Shown here piece by piece: positions 1-8,946 of a stretch of DNA of 27,475 nucleotides. How positions within the stretch are numbered: the first letter of the stretch is position 1; every line of letters begins with the position of its first letter. The stretch comes from an uncultured Deinococcales bacterium (GTDB taxonomy: Bacteria; Deinococcota; Deinococci; Deinococcales; JAAFIG01). The notes under the pieces were generated by a model. That model did not search any database. It saw nothing but the letters and a program-made list of their open reading frames with translations, and was not told where the DNA came from. The stretch is from the NCBI GenBank assembly GCA_964247135.1, contig CAXTTL010000034.1, forward strand, positions 1 to 27,475, read 5' to 3'. Both the position numbers and the translations under genes were made by a program.

Positions 1-213
1 GGCACTCGAGGTGCGCCCGATCAATTGACTTGGTTTGCACGGGTTCAAGCTCGAGATTTTCTCTTCTGTCGTGATGCGTTCACCGCCAATAATCAACGGG
101 TAATCCCGTCCGAGCATCGAACGGACTTTCTCGAGGGCGGCTTCGTAAGCGGCACGGTGGGCGGGTTGGGCGTAATCGGTGTAATTTTCTGGGGCGTAGG
201 TTGGTAAGTTCAT
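1..213 (-). CDS. pruA: L-glutamate gamma-semialdehyde (P5C) dehydrogenase, N-terminal part; runs off the left edge
   Basis: Not in the ORF track. Manual translation from ATG 213 gives MNLPTYAPENYTDYAQPAHRAAYEAALEKVRSMLGRDYPLIIGGERITTEEKISSLNPCKPSQLIGRTSSA, matching the P5CDH/RocA N-terminus (G.YPL.IGGE...S.NP..P). AGGAG RBS present; lies downstream of proline dehydrogenase. Confidence 0.9.
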   Translation of the reverse strand, partial: MNLPTYAPENYTDYAQPAHRAAYEAALEKVRSMLGRDYPLIIGGERITTEEKISSLNPCKPSQLIGRTSSA

Positions 214-220
214 GGTGCTC

Positions 221-520
221 CTATTGAGGCTCGAGGCGATCAATCCAATAAAATGGATCGCGTTTGTGGTGCGCGATGGCAAGGATCAGTAACTCTTGAT
301 TTTGCACCAAGCAAATCAAATGATATGGAAAGCGTTTCAAGCTGCGTTTGCGTATCGCGCCTACACCCGTTAAGGCGGCAGCCTCTGGGAACAGTTTGGT
401 ATCTTCTATGGCTTGACTGAGTGCTCGCTCAAAGAGCAACGTGCTTCCCATTTCGATTGTGTAATACCGTTCAGCTTCAGTGAGGTCATCAATCGCACCC
501 TCAAAAAAGACATCATTCAA
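221..520 (-). CDS. Type II toxin, RelE/ParE family
   Basis: About 99 aa from a probable TTG at 520 overlapping the antitoxin stop. Has the A..DL.EA..YY...R...L.RFPY.L......LILAIAH.KR.P.YW pattern of ParE-like addiction toxins. Confidence 0.8.
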   Translation of the reverse strand: MNDVFFEGAIDDLTEAERYYTIEMGSTLLFERALSQAIEDTKLFPEAAALTGVGAIRKRSLKRFPYHLICLVQNQELLILAIAHHKRDPFYWIDRLEPQ

Positions 521-734
521 CGGCTTTTCGAGCACGAGCAAATGCCTCCTCACGCGAATAAGCTTTCATTTCGCCTGATTCGTAAGCTTTCAAACGACGC
601 TCGATTTCAATTTTCCAGGCATCGCTTAACTCAATCGTATCGTCGCTGAATTCTTGCTCGAGAACGGCAAGAACCAGATCGCGTTCTTCGGGTTTAAGTT
701 CCCGTACTTTTTCAAGAACTTCTGCAACACTCAT
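513..734 (-). CDS. Addiction module antitoxin (TIGR02574-like)
   Basis: 73 aa acidic protein with L.PEER..L...AW..EIERRL..YESG....S.EE motif, directly upstream of and overlapping the toxin. Confidence 0.8.
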   Translation of the reverse strand: MSVAEVLEKVRELKPEERDLVLAVLEQEFSDDTIELSDAWKIEIERRLKAYESGEMKAYSREEAFARARKAVE

Positions 735-780
735 GGCTCTATTTTGCTCCTTTTTGGCTCAGATTCAAGTCATTCATCTT

Positions 781-1704
781 CTATCCTTGAAACAAGCCGC
801 GCAGCACAAATGCAATGTTGGCTGGGCGCTCCGCAATCCGTCTCGAGAAGTACGCGTACCAATCCTTGCCGTAAGGAATGTACGCCCGAACGTTGAAGCC
901 CTCCTGCGCCAAGCTTTTTTGCAAATCGCGGCGGATGCCGTACAGCATTTGAAACTCAAATTGCTCGAGTGGGATTTTTGATTTTTCAACAAAAATCTTG
1001 ACGTCTTTGATGATGCCCTCGTCGTGCGTGGCAATGGCGGTGTGGTTGCCCAACTCGAGGTTGCGGTACACCAGACGGCGGTATTGGTGGTCCACCACGG
1101 CTTTTTCTGGATAGGCTTGGTCTTCAGGCTCGAGGTACGCACCTTTGACGATGCGAAGATTGGGTTTGAGGTCGCTGAGATTCTCGAGGTCTTTTTCGCT
1201 GCGGCGCAACATGGCTTGCAAGACCAGTCCAACGTTGTCAAACTCACCGCGCAAGGTGCGGAACACCTCGAGCGTTTTTTCGACCCTTGGGCTGTCTTCC
1301 ATGTCGATGCGCACGAATGCCCCGACTTTTTTGGCGAGGGTCAAAATCTTTTTGGCGTTCGCCAGCGCATGTTCTGGGTTGATGTCCAGCCCGAGTTGCG
1401 AGAGTTTGATGCTGGCGTATTTTGGGTAGGGTTTTGCCTCGAGCGCGTCAAAAATGCTTAAAATTTCGGCGGTAAAACCGTTCGCTTCAGCATCGGAGTT
1501 GACCATTTCGCCCAGCAAATCCAGAATGCCATGCACCTTGTCCTGCTCGAGTTTTTCAACGGCTGCCACAGCCTCAGGTAAACTTTCACCCGCCACGAAC
1601 CTCGAGACGGCGGCTTTGGCGCGGTCATGCACCAGGTTTTTGATGATGCTGTTGCCGGACACGCCAAGCACAGCCGAACGGTACAAACGGTCAAAATTCA
1701 TCAT
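781..1704 (-). CDS. putB: Monofunctional proline dehydrogenase (PRODH)
   Basis: RFVAGE, DLLGE, SIKLSQLGL, RIDMED, RIVKGAY, IATHD, FEFQMLYG and Y..RRIAERPAN motifs; AAGGAG RBS. Confidence 0.95.
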   Translation of the reverse strand: MMNFDRLYRSAVLGVSGNSIIKNLVHDRAKAAVSRFVAGESLPEAVAAVEKLEQDKVHGILDLLGEMVNSDAEANGFTAEILSIFDALEAKPYPKYASIKLSQLGLDINPEHALANAKKILTLAKKVGAFVRIDMEDSPRVEKTLEVFRTLRGEFDNVGLVLQAMLRRSEKDLENLSDLKPNLRIVKGAYLEPEDQAYPEKAVVDHQYRRLVYRNLELGNHTAIATHDEGIIKDVKIFVEKSKIPLEQFEFQMLYGIRRDLQKSLAQEGFNVRAYIPYGKDWYAYFSRRIAERPANIAFVLRGLFQG

Positions 1705-1715
1705 GGTCTTCTCCT

Positions 1716-2420
1716 TTAATCAATGTCCCATTGGTCGCGTTTGGTCTTCAGGGCGGTCTTGAGGTTTTCGACGGTCAACAAGCCAAAATCTCGCACGTGC
1801 GCCCTGGCGGTTTGTTCAGACAATTCGGCATTTTTGCTTTCGATGGCTGCCAGAATCTGATAATGACTCGAGCGGGTGATGGCGTCCTGCATGTATTTGG
1901 CGGTCAGTAATTTCACCCGAATGATGCTTTCGGCAAGTCCGCGCAAGACGACCACCAGGGTTGGATTTTGGCTGGCTTGGGCGATGGCGTTGTGAAATTC
2001 GAGATCGGCTTGAATCTGGGCGTTGTAATCGTTGGCGGGGCAATGCTCGAGTTTCTCGAGGGCATTTTTCATGGCGCGAATGTCATTTTCTGTGGCGTGG
2101 CTGGCGGCTTCACGCGCGGCAAGCCCGTCCAGCACTTCTCGCACGGCGTACACGTGTTCGACCTCGAGCGCATTCACGGCTCGGACTTTCGCGCCTTTGT
2201 TGGCTTCAATTTCGACCAGACCATCTTGCGCCAGGCGTTGCACCGCTTCGCGCACGGGGGTTCTCGAGACGCCCAAGCGTTTTGCCAGGGCAATTTCGGC
2301 GAGCCGCGATCCGCTGCCGAGTTTGCCCGATAAAATCTCGAGCTTGAGGTGATCGTAAACCTCGTGACGCACCAGGGTTGGACGGGCGAAAGTTCTATTT
2401 TTAGCCTCGAGCGCTGACAT
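1716..2420 (-). CDS. GntR (FadR/FCD) family regulator, probable proline utilisation regulator
   Basis: N-terminal wHTH (LAKRLGVSRTPVREA) and FCD domain (VREVLDGLAA...DLEFHNAI...H..IL.AI); first gene of the put operon. Confidence 0.92.
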   Translation of the reverse strand: MSALEAKNRTFARPTLVRHEVYDHLKLEILSGKLGSGSRLAEIALAKRLGVSRTPVREAVQRLAQDGLVEIEANKGAKVRAVNALEVEHVYAVREVLDGLAAREAASHATENDIRAMKNALEKLEHCPANDYNAQIQADLEFHNAIAQASQNPTLVVVLRGLAESIIRVKLLTAKYMQDAITRSSHYQILAAIESKNAELSEQTARAHVRDFGLLTVENLKTALKTKRDQWDID

Positions 2421-2436
2421 TGTATACAGTATACAA
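2420..2436 (-). promoter_or_regulatory. Probable GntR operator overlapping a leaderless -10 box
   Basis: Perfect inverted repeat TTGTATAC-A-GTATACAA. On the minus strand it reads TATACT-7 nt-ATG of the GntR gene. Confidence 0.75.
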
Positions 2437-2524
2437 GAATTTTGGAAAAATATCGAATCCCCGCTTACGATTTTGGGCAGAGCATTGGCAGCAACCCGAA
2501 ATTTTCAAAAAGCGTGTACGTGAC

Positions 2525-2545
2525 GGTGCGCAAGGCGCACCCTAC
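2525..2545 (-). repeat. GTAG-family REP-like palindrome
   Basis: Minus strand reads GTAG-GGTGCGC-CTT-GCGCACC, the tetranucleotide plus GC hairpin layout of GTAG REPs; intergenic; single copy in the window. Confidence 0.55.
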
Positions 2546-2593
2546 ATCATCAGGCTCGAGCTTGGAGAAAAGTTGGGATTCCTTTAAACACAC

Positions 2594-3409
2594 TCAACTC
2601 GAGCTTTGCGCATTGGTCAGTTCATCGTCTGGGGTCATGCCATCCCACAAGAACCTCGAGAACAGGGGTTCATTTTCCGCTGTGCGCGGCGTTCTGGCAA
2701 TTTTCAAGTGCGTGTCCAATTCTTGGCGTTTGTCAAAAACAAAACACGTGCCCTCGTAATCTTGGTCTGCATCGTCAACTTGGGCAAAATAATTGATGAT
2801 TCCACCCTCGAGCTGCATGATCTGAATTCCTTTTTCGGCAAGCCAGGCGCTGGTTTTCTCACAGCGAATGCCACCCGTGCAATACATCGAAATGGTTTTG
2901 TCTTGCCAATTCAAAAGATTGCTTTCGATAAACGCCGCGAAGTCCCTGAAATTGTCCACGCCAGGGTTGATCGCTCCCTTAAAATGCCCGAGCGTGTACT
3001 CGAAGGCATTGCGGTTATCGATCAAAACCACGTCGTCGCGTTTGATGAGGTCGCGCCACAGATGCGGCGAAACGTCCGTGCCGTGGTACTTGCTGGCATC
3101 GACACCCTCAATGCCCAGCGCCACAATTTCGGGCTTGAGGCGCACTTTTAATTTCTTAAAGACCTGATCGCGGCAGTGGGTGCGCTTGTACAGCAAGCTT
3201 TGAAATCTCGAGTCTTGTTCCAAACCATCCCGCACGATTTGTAAGGCATCACTCGAGCCGCAGAGCATTCCGTTGATGCCCTCAAACGCCACCAAAATAC
3301 TGCCCAGCACCCCAGCGCCAGCGCAGAGTGGCTCGAGTGTGGCAATCAGCGCTTCAGGGTTTTCGACGGGAACGAAACGGTAAAAGGCATCGTGGAACAA
3401 ATCAGACAC
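2594..3409 (-). CDS. trhO: tRNA uridine(34) hydroxylase TrhO (YceA/UPF0176 rhodanese family)
   Basis: FY.F, G.ILVA.EGING, D.RN..E...GHF.GA, YCTGGIRCEK, LEGGI..Y and FVFD.R motifs; TAGCAT-6 nt-GTG start. Confidence 0.9.
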   Translation of the reverse strand: MSDLFHDAFYRFVPVENPEALIATLEPLCAGAGVLGSILVAFEGINGMLCGSSDALQIVRDGLEQDSRFQSLLYKRTHCRDQVFKKLKVRLKPEIVALGIEGVDASKYHGTDVSPHLWRDLIKRDDVVLIDNRNAFEYTLGHFKGAINPGVDNFRDFAAFIESNLLNWQDKTISMYCTGGIRCEKTSAWLAEKGIQIMQLEGGIINYFAQVDDADQDYEGTCFVFDKRQELDTHLKIARTPRTAENEPLFSRFLWDGMTPDDELTNAQSSS

Positions 3410-3477
3410 GGTCTAATGCTACGACGGTCTGCAACAATTTTGAAGGGCTTTTGTAGGCTCGAGTATGCTTTGAGGAC

Positions 3478-3954
3478 ATGAGCGAATATTTTCAAACCAT
3501 TTCAGCATTGATCGAATACGAATTGTGGTGCAATGACCAAGCTATGAAATTCCTCGAGCAACTGACGCCGCAAGAACTCGAGCGCGACTTTGGTTTTGGG
3601 CTGCGAACGCTGCATCACACCATGTTTCATATCATCAACGTCATGCGAACCTGGAGTTTGCAAGTCAAACCCGAACTCGAGCGCGTTAAACCATTGCCGT
3701 ACAACCGAAATTTGAGCTTACAGGATATTAAACTGCTGCTCGAGGAAGTCGGTCAGGCGTGGTTGTTGGCGGCTCGAGCCTCGCACGATTTGGGTCTGCT
3801 CGAGCGTGACCGGCGCTTGCATCAGGTGTTTCATCTGGTCACGCACGGCACGCACCACCGGGGGCAATTGCTCAGCATGGCGACCATTTTGGGTTACGAC
3901 CAACCGTTTGAAGGCGGAGATTTTGGCGGTTGGTCAAAGACGATCCATGAATAA
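3478..3954 (+). CDS. DinB family protein
   Basis: Y..W.N N-terminus, TL..T..H and H...H.THHRGQ metal-binding motifs. Confidence 0.85.
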   Translation: MSEYFQTISALIEYELWCNDQAMKFLEQLTPQELERDFGFGLRTLHHTMFHIINVMRTWSLQVKPELERVKPLPYNRNLSLQDIKLLLEEVGQAWLLAARASHDLGLLERDRRLHQVFHLVTHGTHHRGQLLSMATILGYDQPFEGGDFGGWSKTIHE

Positions 3955-3982
3955 AAAAACACCAAGGCTGATACCATAAGCA

Positions 3983-4855
3983 ATGCGCACTTTTTTAATC
4001 TCGAGTTTGCTGATTTTTCTTCTGTTCAACGCGCAAGCCTCGGTCTTGCAACTCGAGAATGGCACGCTCGAGAAAACCTTGGCTTGGGGCGCTTACACGA
4101 TCAAAATCACGCACTATCAAAACGAAAAACTGGCGGATGTTGCCCAAATTCGTGCGTCAAACGGGCGTGTCTTGCGCGAGGTTCGAGGTGTTGGAATTTA
4201 TGCCTCGAGTGAATCTCAAGCGTTGCTCGAGGATTTCACGGGCGACGGCGTTCCAGAGTTGCGCCTGATGGCATGGTCTGGCGGCGCGTACTGTTGCTAC
4301 ACCGATGTCGTTTTCAGCCGCGCTCGAGGTTTAAAAAACATCTTGATCGTTGCCGGAAACGAATTTCACCTCACCAAAGGCGTAAACATTTTGAATAAAC
4401 CCGCCAGGGATTTAAACCGTGACGGGCGCCTAGAATTAATCCTCGAGAATGATGCGATCAGTCATTTGAACGGTTCGACCCACGGTGCCACTTCGGTGTT
4501 GGTGTTGCAATGGAATGGCTTTAGGTACGTCGATGTCACCCGCAAATTTCCGCAAATTGGGCAAACTCGAGCCTTACAGTTCAAACAGCAAATCTTAACC
4601 CGAGCTTGTGATTCGGATTGGTCGCTCGAGTGTCTCGATTTGTCAACTGGTTTTTACGCCAATTCGGTCTTGGCAGGGAACGAGCGCACGGCTCGAGTCT
4701 GGTTGATGAATCACGGTGCAAAGAATTGGGTTTTGAGCAAAAGTTTGCTGGTCAAACGGGCGTTACAGACCACGAAATGCCGCGTTGGTTTCAGTCGGCA
4801 ACGCTTGATTTACATTTCAATCAGCCAAACTCGAGTCAGCAATTCAGGATGTTGA
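3983..4855 (+). CDS. Secreted hypothetical protein with FG-GAP/VCBS-like Ca-binding motifs
   Basis: Signal peptide (MRTFLISSLLIFLLFNAQA); DFTGDGVPEL and DLNRDGRLEL loops; SGGAYCC motif. Confidence 0.7.
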   Translation: MRTFLISSLLIFLLFNAQASVLQLENGTLEKTLAWGAYTIKITHYQNEKLADVAQIRASNGRVLREVRGVGIYASSESQALLEDFTGDGVPELRLMAWSGGAYCCYTDVVFSRARGLKNILIVAGNEFHLTKGVNILNKPARDLNRDGRLELILENDAISHLNGSTHGATSVLVLQWNGFRYVDVTRKFPQIGQTRALQFKQQILTRACDSDWSLECLDLSTGFYANSVLAGNERTARVWLMNHGAKNWVLSKSLLVKRALQTTKCRVGFSRQRLIYISISQTRVSNSGC

Positions 4856-4887
4856 GTAAGCAACGATGACACTCAACATCCCGAATT
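4841..4887. terminator. Inverted repeat between convergent genes, probable terminator
   Basis: AATTC-A-GGATGTTGAGT ... ACTCAACATCC-C-GAATT, a stem of about 17 bp with one mismatch (G-U on the minus strand). Confidence 0.6.
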
Positions 4888-4894
4888 CAAAATC

Positions 4895-5935
4895 TTATTT
4901 CATGTTCAAACGCTTCATGGCTTCATCCACCTCGAGTTGCCAATCGGTGTTGGCAATGTATGGTTTAAAGCCGAGGGCATGGTTGATTTTCAGCATTGGA
5001 CCGTTGCTGTCGGCATTGCCCGTTCGGACTTGATTGATCTCGGGACGCTCCGCCAAGACTTTCTCGAGCATCGCGGCTTTGAGCCATTTGCCCAGACCCT
5101 TGCCACGGTAAACAGGGTTGACGCCCGTGCCCCACTGCCCGAGGATGTGCGGGCGGTTGGGTTGCCAACCCGTTTCGCTAAAGCCAGCGAAACGACCCGT
5201 GCTGCGTTCTTTGACCAGTGCCAGGCAACGTTGCCAACCGGCAGCTTTGCGTTGATTTTGCCATTGCAGTAATTTCTCCGGCGTGGTCTTTTCGTCGTTG
5301 ATCTCAAGTTCGCCGCGCGGCGCGGTGTTCATGACATCGAACAACGCACAGAATGCCTCAAGTTCGTGCTCTGGGTAATCTTCGGTGTAAAACAGCAACT
5401 CGAATTCGTCGCTGGGCGCATCGGCAATCCAAGATTGCAACATGGCGCGGTCGAGTTCCTCGAGCAGCACTCGGTTCATGTGGTTTTCGATGCCGCGTTT
5501 CGCCCCGATCTTTTCGGCAAATGCGGCGCCCGATGGAATGCGTTCGCTGGTGCCAAAAATCAGGGTGCTGCGATTTTCACGCTTTGCAACGCGTAAAACC
5601 TGCTCGAGTAACTTTTTGCCCAGTCCCATGCGCCGAAATTCGGGCAGCACTGAAATGTCCGAGCCGCACAGGTGGGTGTTCTCACCCTCGATTTCAAACC
5701 CCAGGTCGCCGTAGGCGACGGCGCGACCGTCTTGAAAATAGGCGAAGGATTCAACGTTCACAAACGTGGGTATGTTTTTCCAATCCGCCAAGCGTTCACT
5801 TAAAGGGATGGGCGGGTCTTCTGGAATGCGTTCAAGGCGTTCAGCATTGAAAAGGTTGTGCAGGGCTACCGCGTCTGCATCATTGAGGTTGCGTAAATCC
5901 AGCGTTCTAAACTCGAGTTGGGTCATGACAGGCAT
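4895..5935 (-). CDS. Tandem GNAT family N-acetyltransferase
   Basis: Two acetyl-CoA motifs (VLPEFRRMGLGKKL; TGVNPVYRGKGLGKWLK) and C-terminal T.NA..N.PML.IN..LGF. GGAGG RBS supports ATG 5935. Confidence 0.9.
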   Translation of the reverse strand: MPVMTQLEFRTLDLRNLNDADAVALHNLFNAERLERIPEDPPIPLSERLADWKNIPTFVNVESFAYFQDGRAVAYGDLGFEIEGENTHLCGSDISVLPEFRRMGLGKKLLEQVLRVAKRENRSTLIFGTSERIPSGAAFAEKIGAKRGIENHMNRVLLEELDRAMLQSWIADAPSDEFELLFYTEDYPEHELEAFCALFDVMNTAPRGELEINDEKTTPEKLLQWQNQRKAAGWQRCLALVKERSTGRFAGFSETGWQPNRPHILGQWGTGVNPVYRGKGLGKWLKAAMLEKVLAERPEINQVRTGNADSNGPMLKINHALGFKPYIANTDWQLEVDEAMKRLNMK

Positions 5936-6068
5936 AAAATCCTCCAAAGGTTTGGGAAAAGTGTAGGCTCGAGTTTGAAAATTTGCATCGGCATCTTGGC
6001 GTAGGCTCTTCGAGCAATCTTAACAAAACCTCGAGATGCCCTGCGCTTGACTGGCGTAATCTGTGGGA

Positions 6069-6761
6069 ATGGACGTGAACGCCTCCCCGCTCATTTTGGT
6101 CGTCGAAGATGAACCGCACATCGCGCAGGTGCTCGAGGGTTATTTGCGCCGCGACGGTTTTAGAACCGAAGTCGCCAATGATGGCATCAAAGCTGTGCAG
6201 TTGCACCGCGTCGCCAAGCCGGACTTGGTGCTCTTGGACGTGCAGCTTCCTGGCATGGACGGTTTTGAGGTGTTAAAGAAAATCCGTGAGGAACGCCCAA
6301 CGCCCGTCATCATGGTCACGGCAATGGCGGAAGATTTGGACAAGCTGCTCGGACTTCGCATGGGCGCCGACGATTACGTGGTCAAACCCTTCAGCCCGCT
6401 CGAGGTGGTGGCTCGGGTCAAGGCGGTGTTGCGGCGTACCGCGCAGGCTGCACCGGTTTTGCAACCCGTGCGCATCGGCTCGCTCGAGGTTGACCCGACA
6501 GGCATGGTGGCGCGGGTTCACGGCTCGCGGCTGGATTTGACCCTGACCGAATTCAAATTGCTCGAGCATCTGGCACGCAACACCAACCGCACGTTTTCGC
6601 GCACCGAACTCTTGGAGGCTTGCCTGCCCGATTCGGATGCGCTCGAGCGGGTGGTGGACGCGCACCTCGGGAATTTGCGCAAGAAACTCGAGAAGGCGGG
6701 CGCGGGCGGGGTGCTCGAGACGGTGCGCGGCGTGGGTTACCGCGTCTGGCTCGAAGGCTAA
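6069..6761 (+). CDS. OmpR/BaeR-family response regulator
   Basis: Receiver (VVEDE, LLDVQLPGMDG, GADDYVVKPF) plus winged helix (LT.TEF.LL, D.H..NLRKK, ETVRGVGY). TAATCT-6 nt-ATG 6069. Confidence 0.95.
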   Translation: MDVNASPLILVVEDEPHIAQVLEGYLRRDGFRTEVANDGIKAVQLHRVAKPDLVLLDVQLPGMDGFEVLKKIREERPTPVIMVTAMAEDLDKLLGLRMGADDYVVKPFSPLEVVARVKAVLRRTAQAAPVLQPVRIGSLEVDPTGMVARVHGSRLDLTLTEFKLLEHLARNTNRTFSRTELLEACLPDSDALERVVDAHLGNLRKKLEKAGAGGVLETVRGVGYRVWLEG

Positions 6762-6767
6762 GTTGTC

Positions 6768-8582
6768 ATGAATCGTCTTTGGGTGCGTTTGTTGTTTTCG
6801 ATGCTCGCGGTGGGTTTTGTCGCGGGGGTTGGACAATGGTTTGTGATGGGTTATTTGGTGTACGCGTTTTCCAACAATGTTTCCAAAACGGACACCAAAA
6901 CCATCGAAAACGTTGTGCTCAAAACCGTCCAAAAAATTTCGCTCTCGGACAGCGAAGCCTGGATTTTAATTGCCTTCGCTTTTGCCAGCATCATCGTGGC
7001 GTTGTTCTCGGCAATTCTCATCTCGAGCCGAATTGCGCGTCCGTTGTTCGCAGTATCCAAAGCCGCGCAGCAAGTTGCTGAGGGCGAATGGGCGGCTCGT
7101 GCCAGCGTTCACAGCCGCGCGACGCGCGGGAATTCTGAGACCGCCAGGCTGGTCAGAAATTTTAATACGATGGCAGATTCGCTCGAGCGTCTGGAGGTTG
7201 AACGCACCGCCAGCGTCGCCGCGATTGCCCACGAACTTCGCACGCCCTTAACCGTTTTGCGCGGTCGGCTCGAGGCGATTCGGGACGGTGTGCTCGAGCT
7301 TGACAACGCAGAATCCACGCTGTTGGTGCAGCAAGTCGAGTTGCTCTCGAGGTTGGTGAATGACCTGCGCACGCTCTCGCTGGCGGAAGCTGGAAAATTA
7401 TCGTTGCAACTCCAAACCATTGACCTTGCCGCCTTAACCCGCAGCATCGTCGCCAGCTTTGAGGCTCGAGCAGGCGAAAAGAGTGTGCGCCTGGAGGTTG
7501 CCACGCCAGACCATCTCGAGGTCAAACTTGACCCGAACCGTTACCATCAGGTGCTTGGGAATTTGCTCGAGAATGCCCTGCGTCACACGCCCGAAGACGG
7601 TTTTGTACGCGTCAACCTGGAAGCCCGAGAACTCAGCGCCGAACTGACCGTGCGCGATTCTGGCGTTGGTATTCCGCCTGAAGCCCTCGAGCAAATCTTT
7701 GAGCGTTTTTACCGCGTGGACAGCTCGAGAAACCGTGCCTCCGGCGGTTCGGGTTTGGGATTGGCTATCGTTCGTGCCGTGATCGAAGCCCACGGAGGAA
7801 TTATCTTGGCTCGCAACGCCCAGGGTGGCGGCGCAGAATTTCGGGTCAGCCTGCCGCTCGAGGGGGCAGAGCAACTGCCGCTTCGGGCGCGTCCGAGTTT
7901 AAAACAAAAAGTTGTTCTGGCAACACCCAAAACCGAGCTTGACGATCAAATCCTCTCGAGCATCACGTATTTGCTGCTTGGTTTGCCGTTCGGGATTTTG
8001 TACTTTGTGGTTTTGATCGTTGGCTTTTCGGTCGGCGTGCCATTGGTCTTGCTCTGGGCTGGTTTGCCGATCCTGTATGTCACCTTGATTGTGGTTGGTG
8101 GTTTCGCAAGGTTCGAGCGATGGTTGCTCGAGGGACTGCTGAACCGCAGTATCCCGTATGAAACCCAAACGTATTTTGCCAAAACCTGGCTTGGGCGCTT
8201 CTGGCAACAATTTTCTTCGGTTCAAACCTGGAAAGAAATTATGTACCTGATCCTCAAATTCCCCTTTGGACTTGTCTCGAGCATCATTACGATTGTGCTG
8301 CTCGCCTTGGACATCGGTTTGGTGCTTTCGCCCGTGCTGCTCTTAACCAAATTAAACTTACCAATTCTTGATCTTGATGGTTACCAATTCAGAGTTGATT
8401 CGCTCGAGAATGCCGCGATTGCCTTTTCAGTCGGTCTGGCATTGACTTTCATTTCCGTACCATTATTGAATTGGTTGGCTCGAGCCAACGGTACGTTTGC
8501 TCAACTCATGCTTTCCAACGCAGCTCGCAAACCCCGCAAAGAACCCCCGCTCGAGATCAGGTCACAAAACGTTCAACTTTAA
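6768..8582 (+). CDS. BaeS-like sensor histidine kinase with additional C-terminal multi-TM 'Sensor'-like domain
   Basis: 2 TM, HAMP, HisKA (AHELRTPL) and HATPase (NLLENALRH, DSGVGI, FERFYR, GSGLGL), then about 200 aa of hydrophobic domain. Confidence 0.9.
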   Translation: MNRLWVRLLFSMLAVGFVAGVGQWFVMGYLVYAFSNNVSKTDTKTIENVVLKTVQKISLSDSEAWILIAFAFASIIVALFSAILISSRIARPLFAVSKAAQQVAEGEWAARASVHSRATRGNSETARLVRNFNTMADSLERLEVERTASVAAIAHELRTPLTVLRGRLEAIRDGVLELDNAESTLLVQQVELLSRLVNDLRTLSLAEAGKLSLQLQTIDLAALTRSIVASFEARAGEKSVRLEVATPDHLEVKLDPNRYHQVLGNLLENALRHTPEDGFVRVNLEARELSAELTVRDSGVGIPPEALEQIFERFYRVDSSRNRASGGSGLGLAIVRAVIEAHGGIILARNAQGGGAEFRVSLPLEGAEQLPLRARPSLKQKVVLATPKTELDDQILSSITYLLLGLPFGILYFVVLIVGFSVGVPLVLLWAGLPILYVTLIVVGGFARFERWLLEGLLNRSIPYETQTYFAKTWLGRFWQQFSSVQTWKEIMYLILKFPFGLVSSIITIVLLALDIGLVLSPVLLLTKLNLPILDLDGYQFRVDSLENAAIAFSVGLALTFISVPLLNWLARANGTFAQLMLSNAARKPRKEPPLEIRSQNVQL

Positions 8583-8601
8583 AACCAGTACACTGCTGCT
8601 C

Positions 8602-8913
8602 ATGACCGTAGACCCCGACATTCGCAAACGATTTGACCAGACTTTCATGCAACTTCTCGCCGCCGTGCGCGTCGAAGTGCTCGAGGCTCAACCGCCAGCG
8701 TTCGCCGCGACCAGCGAGGTCGCCAAAATGTTTTTTAAAGAATCTCAAAAAAGCGTACTTCAAGACCTGGCGCAACTCACCGCCGCCTGGAATTCCGGCG
8801 AACTCGATTCCAACGCCGTCACAAGGGCTTTCAAGACCCTGCAAGACATGGGACTCGAGACCGCCAAGGAACGCATTGCCAAATTACGCGAACTCGAGAC
8901 GATGACGCAATAA
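8602..8913 (+). CDS. Hypothetical helical protein (103 aa)
   Basis: TACACT-7 nt-ATG 8602; fills the gap between the kinase and the ndk-proximal repeat; no family recognised. Confidence 0.7.
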   Translation: MTVDPDIRKRFDQTFMQLLAAVRVEVLEAQPPAFAATSEVAKMFFKESQKSVLQDLAQLTAAWNSGELDSNAVTRAFKTLQDMGLETAKERIAKLRELETMTQ

Positions 8914-8946
8914 AAAACAAAGAGCCACACGTGTATAGAAATAAAA

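Noticed and set aside
221-734. TA pair as part of a prophage or IS
   Set aside because: There is no integrase, transposase or terminal repeat nearby.
2442-2759. 105-aa plus-strand ORF
   Set aside because: It is antisense to the trhO end, runs across a REP-like element, and has no RBS or motif.
8497-8601. Longer start for the 8913-ending ORF
   Set aside because: It overlaps the kinase 3' end; TACACT-7 nt-ATG supports 8602.
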